Shown here: one piece after another, positions 12,035 through 24,161 of the stretch
Position numbering within the stretch: position 1 is the stretch's first letter
How the letters are laid out: each line of letters starts with the position of its first letter
Position numbers and translations under genes: made by a program
DNA from: Takakia lepidozioides
Lineage: Eukaryota > Plantae > Bryophyta
Length of the DNA: 64,000 bases
Reading direction: 5' to 3'
Assembly (NCBI GenBank): GCA_030704615.1
Contig: CM060734.1
Span: forward strand, 12,834,001-12,898,000
Notes under the pieces: generated by a model
Database searches by the model: none
What the model was told of the DNA's origin: nothing
Seen by the model: only the letters and a program-made list of their open reading frames with translations

Positions 12035-13075
12035 TTAACGTCTACCATTAGAATTCAGCTCGTCCTCACCAAAAGGCCCAATGGTATCATCCTGGTTGAA
12101 GACCTTTGCCCACCCGGGCATTGAAGTAACCCAATGACATTTGGCGAGGAACATATCAAAGTCCAGCTTTAAGTATTCAAAGGCTTTGTCTGCATCAGCA
12201 CTAAGGGCCCCCTCTGTGGGCATGTAAACAGAACCTACAGAGAGGTCCTTCGTATTCACGACGCCCTTCATTTTCAGTTCCAGCCAGATACTGTGCTTGT
12301 ACCGCAAACCCTTGTTGATAATTTCACAATTGTCACACAAGAAATCATGGACAAAGAAGCCAACCCCTTTTTGACCATGTTTCGCAGAGGCCGCCTTAAG
12401 AGCACACATCTTACCGAACCACCTATTATCAATGACATCTCCAACCAGTTTGTCTGAAGTTTCCCATGTCTCTTGCCTTGCACAGATATGAATACCATTT
12501 GCCTGAAGAACTTGTCCCACTTCAAATTGTTTCCTTTGGTTAGTCAGCCCCGAGAAGTTGAAAGTGCCCAGCCACAGGCCAGCCCTTTGCATATGGATTG
12601 TTTGCCGTCTAGTAGCTTATGGTTGCTCTTGGACGGCCAATCGTTCTACAAAGGGTTTTGCTCGTCTTGTGTAAATTTTAAGGATTGGCAAACCACTCAG
12701 AGTATCATATCCTTCAGTCACACAGCGCTCAGGTTCAGTACACTTAGGGTTAGCTAGTCTGTATGGCTGCTTGGTGTCAACCTCATCCAACGCATCGAAC
12801 CGGTTAGAAATTTTCAAGTTGAAGACCTTGTCCTTGGTTGTCTTCCTAGAGCGCCTCATTCAATCACCAATGTCTAAGACCACTCTCCAGCCAGTCAAGG
12901 GACGGACTTCTTTGAGGTTGATGTGATGTGAGAATCTATTTGTAGCATTTGTAGCATCTGAAACCTTAAAAATACCTCTGTTGTCAAGTCTCGAGATGGA
13001 GCCATAAGCCACATAATCCAAGCCTAAGTTGGAGCATGTAGTTTTAAAGCACACATCGTCCATCCTGGTATTCAC
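12035..13075 (-). pseudogene. 5' fragment of an APE-type LINE: possible ORF1 remnant plus ORF2 apurinic endonuclease
   Basis: 12035-12592 encodes GTFNFSGL, ARQETW, GVGFFV, SIWLEL, GSVYMP, a frameshifted GDFNA and IGPFGEDELNSNG. RT is missing. Confidence 0.8.
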
Positions 13076-15356
13076 CCCAAAAACTACACATGAAGCCCTA
13101 GATATGACATAAGTAATTCCCAGGAATCACCATGGGGAGTGTTGTTATCGATAAGGGATAATATTTGTTTGATTTCGCGGGCTATAAGTTTAATCACAAG
13201 GACCAACCCTAGCCCAAGCGCCGCGTATGCTAGACAGAGCACACCACTGTCCATTTTGGGTGGAGGGGCTATCCCAAAGGATGGGTAGTTGCAGCCTACT
13301 GTGGACCAAAATGAAACACACCATGAGTCCCTAAAAGTACATAAAGGGGGATGTGGCAAATCCTCAACCATTGGATTCGCTTCAATGTATGATCTCGACC
13401 GTCTATTATTGACTATTAAAGATTTTATTTTCAAATCGCGATAGTTTCCGACCACGATAGTTTTTTCCAAATTTGACCTTGATCCACCCTGGGGGTCTAC
13501 CCTTGGTCTATGTATTTAATGAGGTAGTGTTGATATTTCAAAGAATTCTACATGGAAAGGACTTTACAAAAATAGTTATTTTGAAGGCTCAAAATAGTAC
13601 ATAAAGTTTATTTTACTTAATATTTTTGAGTGGATGTTTTCATTCTAGATTCTTTATCCCTCAAAGCACATTTGGTCGAGTCCCTTTTTCTAATTTTCTA
13701 TGAATCATGCTTTAAAAAAAGTCCATAACGGCCTTTTATATGGACTATAACAAATCCTTATGGACTTGTTCAAGAGTCCATAATTTATAACCATTTGTTT
13801 TTTTGGTTATGAGACTTAGAATAGGGAAAATATATGTAATTGAGCCTTCATAGCCTAGTCCCTTTTTACTATCAGCATTGCCATTTAGGAGTATGATAAG
13901 TTACAACTAATCAAGGTCCCAAAAAAACAGTGTTGTGATAGCATTTTTGATCCACCGTAGGCTGCAACTGCCCGGATACGGGTCCGCATGTTACCATTCA
14001 GAGATCACACTCCAAGGAGCTGTAGGGAATGGCCTGCATAGGCCTATTCTAAAGAGGGAAAGGCCCCAAAATCTCCAACTAAATCCATTGCACTACCTTA
14101 TCTGAAGCAAAGCGCTTCAGGTCAAAACAAACAAAGACACGAGGTCACAAGGCGGGCATGTAGTCACATAGACATTTATCTACTCCCGTATCAAGTCCAC
14201 CCAATGGCCATAGGCTTCCTAGTGGACAGGGAGAGATAGGGCTTGTCTTGTCGAGACAAGAAAGGATTAGTCACTTAGGACTAGATCACACTGTTTTTCT
14301 AAGGAAAAACAAAGACAAAAACAGCCCTAAGAAAAAAGCACCATCACCCTTCTCCTAAACCACAAGCTTGCTCCTGATTTGTTTCACACTTCTGGGTGAT
14401 CGGGGTGGGTGGTGGGGTTTGTTAGAAACCCTTCAAAACCCCCCACCTTTCTTCATAGGGACAGACATCATACTGAACAATATTCGTATTCACTGTACTG
14501 TCACACTGGGATTTCCAGAAAGTTGATATTCGTGCTTTCTAGCATGTTAATGACCTCCAAGTCAGCCTTAACCTTTACTTAAGAAAACCAGTGCTTTAAG
14601 TATAGAGATAAAACCATCCGCAACGCATCAAGCATGTTCGTCGGGTATACCAACTGGGCAGATGTGGAATCTATGTTCGATCGATGTGAGCACATAATTT
14701 CGGGGTCGAACAGAAGCATAAACTGGGAATTGGAGATAGATGAGAAGTGAGACACCACAACAAGGATATGAGCTGGTGGGCTTGGAGGAAAGGATGCCCA
14801 TAGGTTTTGAATACAATCGACACAACCTCCCATTGGATGGGCAACCATTTACATTTTTGAATGTGTGCATTGGGGCAAGAACTTGATATGGGATGCAGAT
14901 AGAGAGATGCATGCCATACATGCCGGAAATCCGACATACGTTAAAGATCCCCAGTATTTCTGGGTCACATCTGACTGGGAGATAACGATACGTGTGGGAG
15001 GCATTCCCGATTGGTGGGAGAGAAAGCAGTTTTGCCGCAATTTGGGAGGGCATTGGAGTCAGAGAAGGTCTAGGTTTATCCGGCTCCCACAGGTTCTATG
15101 GGTGCCGGAGGAGAAAAATTTGTATAACCGAGAACCGATCGGGAGACATTTGTTGCTGTCCGAACTGGAAGATGCTATAATATGTCAACGCTGAATGAAT
15201 GAGGCGTACGAGACGGCTTATCGTCGAAACGACACAATGATTAGGGCCAACCATCCTAATTTATTGTTGGCCCAAAAACTAGTATAGTTTTGGGTTCTTT
15301 GTATCATTGGACATACCAAAGTGACTAAGCAGTAAGTATCCATGTCCAAATAAAGA

Positions 15357-16790
15357 TCCCACCCATGTCACTGTTAGGGCTAGGTATTGAGCCTTGTAGT
15401 ATCACGGGGAAGGTATACATGTTGTGAACAGGCATATTCACAGAGTTACCCAAGGGTTCTGAGGGAGTGCGGCTATAAGCACTAGCAGTGATAACAAGGC
15501 GAGGTGTTCGGTTCAGACCACCTTCACCTCCACCATCATCTGGTTCGAAGTCTGACACAGATTCCGTGTCTACACCAATAGGTGTGTCAGTTTCTTCACC
15601 ATTGTTGTGGGACGACATGGAGGAGATGTATGGAGCCACAAAAGGGCCACGCCGATATTCAGGGGCAGTTGGTACAATTGAGCTGGATGATTTTATTCAG
15701 GAGTTTGATAGTTGGTGCGACTTGCAGCAAATGCGCAATGCACAACTATTCACACCATTCATGGCGTGGAAAGGATTATTCCATCATTTGGAGAGGACCG
15801 TCTATGGACGATTACCACGAGTTTAGGCGGGGACATGAGGTGGAGATTGAGACATGGAGGTTGTATTGGTCACCCAACTACGTCTCCATTACCCGAGGCA
15901 CAGTGCGGCCAGCAGCTACTTCAGCCGTTTCTACAAGCACCAGTAGCACCAGTAGCACTAGTACTGCCAGTGGTTCCGGGGCTCCAATCACTCCTGTACC
16001 TGCACCAGTGGTGCCTGCATTCAACCCAGTTGTGGAGTTCTTCCAGGAGTTGAGGAGGAACTACCAGGGCGTGCGCATAGAGAAGCTGCGAAGTTTGTAA
16101 GACTTCCAGCGCAAGTCCAGTGAGAGCTTGCGAGAGGCCTACATTCGTATGAGGCGCTTGATAAGTGTGACCCAAGGGGTCACTGAAACTCAGGCAGTCC
16201 AATTCTGGTATGGAATTTTGGACAATGAGCTCAAGAGAAGGGTGTGGGATGTAACCCTGTTACAAGCGGCCCAACCCACCTTAACAGATGTGTTTCTGCT
16301 GGCTGAGCGGATTGAGCTCAACATGGTGGACGAGCGTGTAATGACCATTGGTTTTGGTAAGGATATGCCACAGGGTGTGTCTGGCAACCAACAAACGCAG
16401 CACACTGTATCGCAGCGTGGTCAGGGGGGCAAGGTTGCCCAACCCAAATTCCATGGAGCTTGCAGGGGACCTCAGGTACAAAGGCCAGTAGCTTTTTTTG
16501 CAGGCCAACAACAACCAGGAATGGTATGTTGGACATGTGGAGGATCCCATGTCAAGAAGGATTGCCCAGAGAGCGGCAAAGGGCTGACACAAGCACAGCC
16601 TGCACAGTTGCAGTGTGGGCATTGTGGCAAGTATGGGCATGGAGAGGCCCAGTGTTATGACTTGCACCTTGAGTTGCGGCGAGGCCAGTTCCAAGGAAAC
16701 AATGGTGGCCGAGGACGAGGTGAAGCACCTCAGAGAGGACGAGGTGGTTAGGCACGAGGTGCAGGACGAGGGCAAGCACAACATGACCAA
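15357..16790 (+). pseudogene. Truncated gag of the element-D Gypsy family
   Basis: Near-collinear with ~41500-42965 (SPLLWDDMEEMYGATKGPRRY, two zinc knuckles, RGG). Contains a frameshift and stops, and ends abruptly. Confidence 0.92.
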
Positions 16791-19700
16791 AGTATGAGAT
16801 CAATCAAAATTATTTTGTGCTTCAGCCTTCGAGAACTTTGTATGTTCGTCATACGTAGATAGATCATAGAATTTGTGAAATGATTAAATACGCAGGGACC
16901 AGACGAAATTTGTTTGGAAGGCGACCGTTCGTAACTCGTTATAACTTAACATCAATTTTCCTTGTTCTCCAGCTTTTGGAGTTCATTGCAGATACCCACA
17001 TACACGTCATGACAAAATATGACACAATTGTAAATTTGTACATGGCGAACCACTTGTTCCCTATCACACGAGTGAAAATGTGAAGAAAACGCTGCTCATG
17101 CAATTGAAATTGGCAGGTATGCATTGTGTATTAACAAAATTGATGCATATACAAAATTGGCGGAGTGCTATCACTGTGTTTTCCAACAAAATTCAAGGTA
17201 CAACAAGAATGCACATTGTGTATGTATTACGTTGTCAGTCATTAAAAGCCTAGTCGTCACCGTCCGAGGACAAGGGATGTGATGTTGTGGCCTGATTTGC
17301 ACTGCCAATACGGAGAGCTTGCGACCGTGATCTTGTGGTCAATGAGTGGCCCAATGGTATGTGATCAATTTTGGCCTTTATCCGCCTACTTCGCGACGAA
17401 AGTTGACTTTCTTCTTCATTCTCACGACGTGGCGGAGGTGGATTGACAGCAAGTGCTTGGGCTGCATACAAATCGGCAACGAGGCCATCCACATTCGACA
17501 ATAGAGCCCCCGAAACACGATGAACTGCCTTGATGGTAGTTTTGAAACTTTCCAACTACCTCTCGCGGATGGTCGGCTGGTCATCAACCCAGCCTCACCA
17601 TAGAAGAAAACCCGGTGGTCTTGCTGGACATCACTCCAGCCTCACCACCGACAACATACTCTAGGATTGACCGGTGATCAAATCCGGCCTAATCCCTATG
17701 AAATCAAGCGCCCACACAGAACTAGGACGGCGCACAGTCAAACATGCAGATGTGGGGGGGATCCAAACACAAGAAATCAAGAACAGACAAAAACTCTCAC
17801 AGTGTTGCTCCTGTAAAACACCCCAGCCCAAAAACCCGGACTGACTCTTGCCTCCACCTATGGAAAGGTTTTTGCCTACTGAGAGGGTGGAAAGCTATTG
17901 GGAAGAGAGACTAAAGCAATTCCTAACCTCGACATGCCCTCATCCCGACACTCTCCATTCCGTCTCTAGCCATACACTAATGTCAAAAGAGTGACAAGTG
18001 TGTTACAAACAGAAAGCTCAGTGATCATCCTCAGTTGAAACAACTTCAGATTCAATAGCCCTCAAATAGATGTGGGGACGATCTAATTTACATTAAAAAA
18101 ATCTTAAAGATTTTTGGTCAGGTTTAAAAAACTAAAACCAGTGCAGGTAGGTAGATTTCCCCTTTCTGCAGCTATCCCCCTAAAAACTGAGTCAAACGGA
18201 GTCCATTTGACAAAGATATGACCAACTAGGCTCGGAATAGCCTAAATTAGATAAACAAAATACAAATATGTTTGTTTTTTAAAAATTTGCCTTTGTTTTT
18301 GTCAAATGCGTGCCCTGTCTATCCCCGCGTACAGTCACCGACGGTTCCCAGGTGCCCATCGATTAATGCACCAACCAAATTGAATTCACCAACGCAATGG
18401 TGTAGGCTGATGCAATACACCTGCTGTCAGCCGCCTCTGCGAATGGATTGAAGGAGCCAGACATGTGAATATCAAGGTCTGACCTGAATCTGAACTGAGA
18501 CCACTGCTCGGGTAATGTCTTGAATCTCTGCTATTAGAGCAGACCAAAAAGTGTATCTTGTCCTGAATCCCGTGAAGATTAAGTGTAGCTACCCATAGGC
18601 ACTTAAACGGCCGTAACAGGTCACCTCGCGATGGAGCAACAGCACACTAGCAACACAGCAAATTCTTTATAAACAGGTTCATTTACACCTTGTAGACATC
18701 GCCACATGAGCTTTAACATCTGCAGCCGGCCATCAGCCTTCCTCCGGCTCATTTGAAAGTAAAATGCCCGACAGCTCCACAGCTCAACCTGAAAACCCAT
18801 TGGAATCTAGATCGCCATTGTACTAATTGCAATCTGTTTGCCTCTGCTTCATATCCAACGATCCATCCATGGCGCTTCTACAGCAGTCGGCCACTAGTTT
18901 CATGCATGGACAGGTCCACCATGGAATTGAAATTTCATTCCACACGGCCTCAAAGGCCTCAACATTCGGCGGATTCAAAGATCACGGTTGTCATATGTAA
19001 GCCTGATCATTGTCATTTCGTCTTAACCCAAACGTTCGGTATCATGCAACCCAGCAATACGAGAACTTGTCGTCATATTGTACTTAGCTGTAAATCGTGG
19101 CCTGGTTTAAAAGAGCAGCCCTACCGGCTATGCCTCAGTTCAACAGGACCATGCACCTGTGATAATAACTTAGCCCTGAGTTTGCTGCTAGTACTGCTGC
19201 CAGTTTCTCCTGTGGACAAATCTTCACCACCAGATCTTGGGAGTAGCCAAGATAGTCATACAAGCTCATCAAAAATTCTGCTGTTGTACTTCGGTTGCTT
19301 GACGGCCTGCAACCGCTTCTCTGGCACGTTCACGTTGAATCCTAGGCTGCCCCAAGCCCAAAAAATATTTTGCTACAAATTCGGATGAACACTGCCAGTG
19401 GAAAAGGTGGTCATAACCACATCTGGCCTCAATACGAGGGATCTGGCCCTTAGCACTCAGCCCCTGTGCAGAGGTGGGAAATTTGAACGTAGGCCTCGGT
19501 GCTCGAACCCCCAACAGGGCACTGTACACCCAGTGCGGCAGGCTGCAGCCCATCGACTTGCTGGTTTGGCTACTTAATGCCGTAAGCTCCCAACAGGGAC
19601 ATGATCATCATGGAATCGGCCACTAGCGTCCATGAGACCCTAACATCTGGCCGAGCCTTCAAGTAGATACCTGAACTGGCAGTCTTCAAGCATTGCTAAG

Positions 19701-19994
19701 ATACCACATTCATCACTACCATGACCAGCAACAGCCGCCTTTTGCCCTCCTGCGTTCACTATCCGCTTCAATCGCTGCCAGCATACAAACAAACCAAGTC
19801 TTTTTGGCGGAAGATGGCCACATTCAAAACTCGTCTTCAACCGTCTCGACACATGAACATCAACGTCGACCTGTTCAGCGACCAACGGTACTGACTCCAC
19901 CAGCTTTTCCACGGCCCACTTTCAACAAGTCGTTTTGTTCTCTCACCAGCTTTGCCAAGCAACAACGTGCCTTTGACCTTGTGTCTACACACAT

Positions 19995-20422
19995 TGTTGA
20001 AATCGAAGATCCAGTCCGTCATTGACATCTAGACCATGCTGGTCGAATAGTCATAGTCAGCAAATAGGTGGCAGTCCACCGAGCAGTCACAATCACATAT
20101 GCCAGTCAGTCACATTTTGAATCTCTAGCTAGTTGGATCTCCCGCACTTAGTAGCACCTGAATTGTTTTTGGGTGGCAGCACTTAGTAGCACCTGAATTG
20201 TTTTTGGGTGGCAGACGATACTCAGTTAGTTTTTATGTATGTTCATAGCGTGGTGTAGTAAAAACTTACAGATGCGTGAGCATCATTGATTCCATGGATT
20301 GCCTTGTAGATTGATAAGCCGCGTACTTCTTAGTGTTTCAATAGTATTGGATAGCTTCTTCATAACTTACTGGCTACTCTATAATCAGCTATGAGCAAGT
20401 AGTGAAATCAGTATTTTTAATA
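19995..20422 (+). repeat. Copia 5' LTR, with a 35-bp tandem duplication at 20144-20213 that is absent from the 3' LTR
   Basis: Matches 23218-23381 and 30271-30455. Confidence 0.9.
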
Positions 20423-20435
20423 GGTTATGGGCCCA
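20423..20435 (+). promoter_or_regulatory. Primer-binding site for a half initiator tRNA-Met
   Basis: GGTTATGGGCCCA directly abuts the LTR end. This is the PBS type of Drosophila copia-like hemiviruses. Confidence 0.85.
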
Positions 20436-20494
20436 CAATCGCTTAATGCTGTGTGAGAGGTTTTCTTTATGTAGAAGTAAGGGTGATAGAAGAA

Positions 20495-21430
20495 ATGGCG
20501 TCAGTGAAGACAGATTCTAAGAACGTGACGAATATTGAGAAGTTCACGGGAGATAACTTCCAACTATGGAAGTTCCAGATGCAAGTGTTATCCCGAGCGA
20601 AGAAGCTTTTACGTGTTGTTGAGGGAATAGAATTGAGAGAAGAAGCTTTGGATCAGGATGAGTGGGATGACAAGGATAACTGTGCTTCTTTGTGAGCAGT
20701 GCGCAAGCGAAAATATCCATATGCTACAGCAGAATTTTTTTGAATACAAGATGAGTGATGGTGATGATGTACCTAAACACATTAGCACCATAGAGTCCAT
20801 GGCCTGCCAACTTAACAATCTTGGGGAGGCCACAACAGATCGAGCAGTAATCACCGAGATTATTTGCAGTTTACCTCCTTCATACCGACACGTGATCTCG
20901 GCGTGGGATAGTGTTCCGAAGGATGAACAGACAATCAAAAAACTTACCGTAAGACTGCTAAAAGAAGAAACCCTGAGCAAAGAACGAGGAGCATTTGATG
21001 AAGCCAGAGATAAGGCCTTTTTTGTTGGTCGGCCAGGTAATGTGAACAGCAGCGGAAGCGGTGATGGTAAGCCAAGATTGACGTATGCTGAACATCAGGA
21101 AAAGAGAAGGAGAATCGAGGAATTGAAGAAACGAACTCATTGCAATGGTTGCGGAAGAAGAGGACACTGGGATTCTGAGTCTTGTTGGAGACATGTAGGA
21201 GAGAGAAGTGATTACAAAGGCTTTATATGTCCCTAAGTTGAAAAAGAATCTATTCTTAATCGGACAGGTAGCAGACAAGGGAATTGTCACTACCTATAAC
21301 AAAGAGAGTTGCAAATTAATTTGCAATGAGGGACGAGGAAGAATTGTGATGGTAGGTTTGCATGACGGGAAACTGTATAAGCTGCAGTTGAAGGTCATTT
21401 ACCTAAGAGTATCGACAAGGGATTGTTAAG
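20495..21430 (+). pseudogene. Copia gag and protease remnant with deletions
   Basis: KFTGDNFQLWKFQM, SLPPSY, zinc knuckle CNGCGRRGHW, and LYVPKLKKNL. The protease DSG motif and the integrase are missing. Confidence 0.85.
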
Positions 21431-21687
21431 TGGCAAAAATGAGAGCATCGCTTTCTTGAGTGAGTCAAACCCTTCAGCTTGAAGTGGTCCTTGATGGATG
21501 TGTGGAGAAACCATATGGGCAAATGACACGATACGAAACTTGATCACGGCAAGCACCAACGAGGTATGGTGACTGGGCTTATTTTGCCGAGATGCAGTCT
21601 TTTGGTGGAGTAGCGAGTTCATTGGAAGAGCCCCATGATTATTGGACTGCAATCAACTCAGAATAGAGAGTTGAATGGCAGCAGGCG

Positions 21688-23223
21688 ATGGACGAGGAAT
21701 TCAACTCTCTCACTCAAAACGAGACATGGTTGCTTACAGAACTACCTCGTGATCGCAAAGCGATGCAATGTAAATGGGTTTTCACACTAAAAACAAAATC
21801 AGATGGAACAGTTGAGAGATACAAGGCACGATTAGTTGCCAAGGGATTCTCACAGCAGTATGGTATTGACTATGCAGAAACATTTTCTCATGTCGCCAAG
21901 TATGACTCCATTCGCACCATTCTTGCCATTGCAGCATCTGAGGATATGAATATCATGCAATTTGATATTAAAACCGCGTTTCTCTATGGAGAACTCGAAG
22001 AAGAGATCTACATGATCCAGCCGCCGTGCTTCATAGCACCAGGCACACAGCACCTGGTATGCAGTTTGAAAAAATGTCTGTATGGACTGAAACAGACTTC
22101 ACGAGTTTGGAATGCGAAGTTTGACAATTTTTTGCTTAGGTACAATTTGGTACCAAGTGCGGCAGATCCTTGCATTTACTACAGTAAGGAGAAGCCCAAA
22201 ATCATCACATCTCTTTTCGTGGATGATGGACTGGCCTGTTGCGTTGAGTCAGCAAGGCTTGACAACATGTTTGAATACATGGGCAATGAATTTGAAACCA
22301 AAGTGGGAGAGGCAGACTGTTATGTTGGTTTGCGAATTAAAAGAGATCGGCAACTCAGGAATATTTCAATCGATCAGCAAGTCTACATTGAGAAGATGAT
22401 CACGAAGTATGGTTTCGAAAATGCAATGGCAGTGACTACTCCTGCTGACCCTAATACTCAAATGAGTTTCTACTCTCTTTCGGGTGACTCAGCGAAAGAA
22501 GAAAAGGAAAACATCATGGATTACCAATTTCCATATCAGGAAATGGTTGGAAGCTTGATATTTGCAAGCATCGGGAGTCGTCCTGACATCTCATATGCAG
22601 TGAGTACAATGGCGAAATACGCATCAAGACACAGACCTGTGCACTGCAACGCTGTGAAACGGATCATGAAATACTTGAAGGGAACATCTCATTTTGTTCT
22701 GACCTACAATGGGAAGCAAGACACAAATTTGCTCACAGGATTTTGCGACGCAGATTATGCTGGTGACATAGATGATAGAAAATCCAGATCCGGATATGGC
22801 ATTATGTTGAACCAAGGAGCAATTGTTTGGAGCAGTCGGAAACAAGCGTGTACTGCTGGATCGACAACTGAATCGGAGTATGTTGTGGCTCACATGGCTA
22901 CGAGGGAGATTATTTGGTTACGGAGACTCATGGACTCCATTGGACATTCACATAAGACACCCATCCCACTTCACAGTGATAACCAGAGTTGCATTAGACT
23001 GGTTCACAATCCAGAGTACCATCGTCGAACAAAGCACATAGACGTTCAGTACCATGTCATTCGCGAGAACCAGGCGAAGGGAGAAATTGACATTCAGTAT
23101 GTTCACACGAACGATCAGATTGCCGATATTTTTACGAAGGCTCTTGGTCCAGACAAGTTCCTTTGTTTTCGCTCCATGCTTGGGTTGCATTCCCCAGCAA
23201 GCAATCTCTGTGCAAGCGAATAG
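21688..23223 (+). CDS. Copia reverse transcriptase-RNase H (open frame)
   Basis: 511 aa: CKWVF, YKARLVAKGF, QFDIKTAFL, LYGLKQ, FVDD, FCDADYAGD, SDNQS, TKHID, ADIFTK. Confidence 0.95.
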   Translation: MDEEFNSLTQNETWLLTELPRDRKAMQCKWVFTLKTKSDGTVERYKARLVAKGFSQQYGIDYAETFSHVAKYDSIRTILAIAASEDMNIMQFDIKTAFLYGELEEEIYMIQPPCFIAPGTQHLVCSLKKCLYGLKQTSRVWNAKFDNFLLRYNLVPSAADPCIYYSKEKPKIITSLFVDDGLACCVESARLDNMFEYMGNEFETKVGEADCYVGLRIKRDRQLRNISIDQQVYIEKMITKYGFENAMAVTTPADPNTQMSFYSLSGDSAKEEKENIMDYQFPYQEMVGSLIFASIGSRPDISYAVSTMAKYASRHRPVHCNAVKRIMKYLKGTSHFVLTYNGKQDTNLLTGFCDADYAGDIDDRKSRSGYGIMLNQGAIVWSSRKQACTAGSTTESEYVVAHMATREIIWLRRLMDSIGHSHKTPIPLHSDNQSCIRLVHNPEYHRRTKHIDVQYHVIRENQAKGEIDIQYVHTNDQIADIFTKALGPDKFLCFRSMLGLHSPASNLCASE

Positions 23224-24108
23224 TCATAGTCATAGTCATAGTATAGGTGGCAGTCCACCGAGCAGTCACAATCATAGATGCCAGTCAGTCACATTTTGAA
23301 TCTCTAGCTAGTTGGATCTCCCGCACTTAGTAGCACCTGTATTTTTTCTGGGTGGCAGACGATACTCAGTTAGTTCTTATGTGTCGCGGCCCTTTGCCTT
23401 GAGGGCAGGGGGTCGGGACACATGAGGGGCTGCCCCTGTGGTGGGGGCAACGGCAGCGATAGGTATGGGGGGTTGAAGCACCCTTGAGTGCCCAAGGCAC
23501 TCAGGGAAGCGGAGGCGCTCACTAGGTGGAGCCCCGCACACCGGGTTGCGGTGGGGTGGCTCCACAAGGGGTGGTGGTAGCTTAGCGGGACTTAGTGGGG
23601 GTGGCATAGGACTCACCATGGGGGCGGAGACCTCGTGGTGGGAGTCGTGGGGAGTTTTGGGACTCATCACGGTCCATAGGGGCCGTGGTGAGCGGGCCAA
23701 GACTCACCGCGACTCATCACCAGGAGTCGAGGGTTTTCGTGGTGGTTCGCCATAAAATGGCATGGCTGGTTGTGGAACCCCCGCGGACAGCTACAGAAGT
23801 ATATATAAGGGGAGTAGTAACCCCGAGAACGGTGCAAGCCCGTTGGTGACCAAAAACTAGTGAGTAAGCGAGCGAGCCGGAAAGCGACCAAAGAGTGGGG
23901 AGCTGTTCCGGACTGCCATCTACCAAAGGGAATTCTCCTAGTCCCAATTAGGTGGAGGGTTTTAGAGGGAAGCGAAGGGGGACCGTTATGTCCCGGTGAG
24001 CAGCCGAAGCTCCAAGTTGGCCCGGCGGCCAGGTTGGGAGTCAGCGCGCGCATCAAAGCGAGTAACTATGACTTGAAGGGAGTTTACCGAAGTGAGGTGC
24101 GCGACACT

Positions 24109-24120
24109 TGGTATCAGAGC
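24109..24120 (+). promoter_or_regulatory. tRNA-iMet primer-binding site of B
   Basis: TGGTATCAGAGC, 2 nt after the LTR end. Confidence 0.95.
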
Positions 24121-24161
24121 TTAGAGTTCAGTACGCGATCGTCCTTGGGATTGGCCTCATC

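Noticed and set aside
14579-15300. Gene in this interval (also 16800-17560, 32600-33340 and 62945-64000)
   Set aside because: Coding-like but stop-interrupted or cut by the window edge, with no recognisable family; left uncalled.
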